Shown here piece after piece: positions 33,076-33,152 of a stretch of 33,152 nucleotides of DNA. The stretch is from Ruminococcaceae bacterium UBA7135 (GTDB lineage: Bacteria; Bacillota; Clostridia; Oscillospirales; Ruminococcaceae). The DNA is taken from contig DKXD01000171.1 of the NCBI GenBank assembly GCA_002492075.1, positions 18,206 to 51,357 of the forward strand. Reading direction: 5' to 3'. The stretch's first letter is position 1; every line of letters begins with the position of its first letter. Made by a program: the position numbers and the translations under genes. The notes under the pieces are model-generated. The model made no database searches. It was given only the letters and a program-made list of their open reading frames with translations, and was not told the DNA's origin.

Positions 33076-33104
33076 TTGCATTTTATACAAATATATGGTA
33101 TAAT
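33076..33104 (+). promoter_or_regulatory. Divergent SigA promoter for a gene beyond the window
   Basis: TTGCAT (33076-33081), 17 bp, TGg-TATAAT (33099-33104). Confidence 0.8.
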
Positions 33105-33152
33105 TATACTGTGTTCGTATGAACTGCGATAAATTATAGTTTAATGTTGTTT

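Noticed and set aside
1-33152. CRISPR arrays, prophage, transposases, rRNA
   Set aside because: No regularly spaced repeat-spacer units or such genes; the tandem repeats seen are coding low-complexity linkers.

Overview
Chromosomal segment from a Gram-positive anaerobe, most consistent with Oscillospiraceae/Ruminococcaceae-like Clostridia (inferred from gene style, SigA promoters with extended -10, and an NPxTG anchor). Left half (+ strand): a membrane-anchored Ser/Thr-stalk surface protein, then an 8-gene carbohydrate-uptake cassette (giant CBM-like/solute-binding protein, 2 permeases, NHL/TPR protein, Yip1 protein, DUF5696-like protein, 2 more permeases; no ATPase or regulator). It converges on a cytoplasmic GH51 arabinofuranosidase. 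Middle (- strand): SRP RNA-dnaX-ybaB-comEC-recR, with comEC inserted into the normally contiguous ybaB-recR pair, then a frameshift-split CAP-domain sortase-type surface protein and a divergent fabV. Right (- strand): rlmB, a 990-aa membrane protein that reads as a catalytically dead P1B-type ATPase, tadA, an orphan Wzx-like flippase, rimM, trmD, a ~350-bp GC-rich heavily folded intergenic element, and a TraB/GumN lipoprotein. No CRISPR, rRNA, tRNA or transposase seen. Best leads: the pseudo-P1B-ATPase, the folded element at 25576-25926, the 8-gene glycan-capture cassette, comEC inside the dnaX operon, and the homopolymer-split CAP gene with a loop-E-like leader. All family calls come from motif recognition by eye; no database searches were run.
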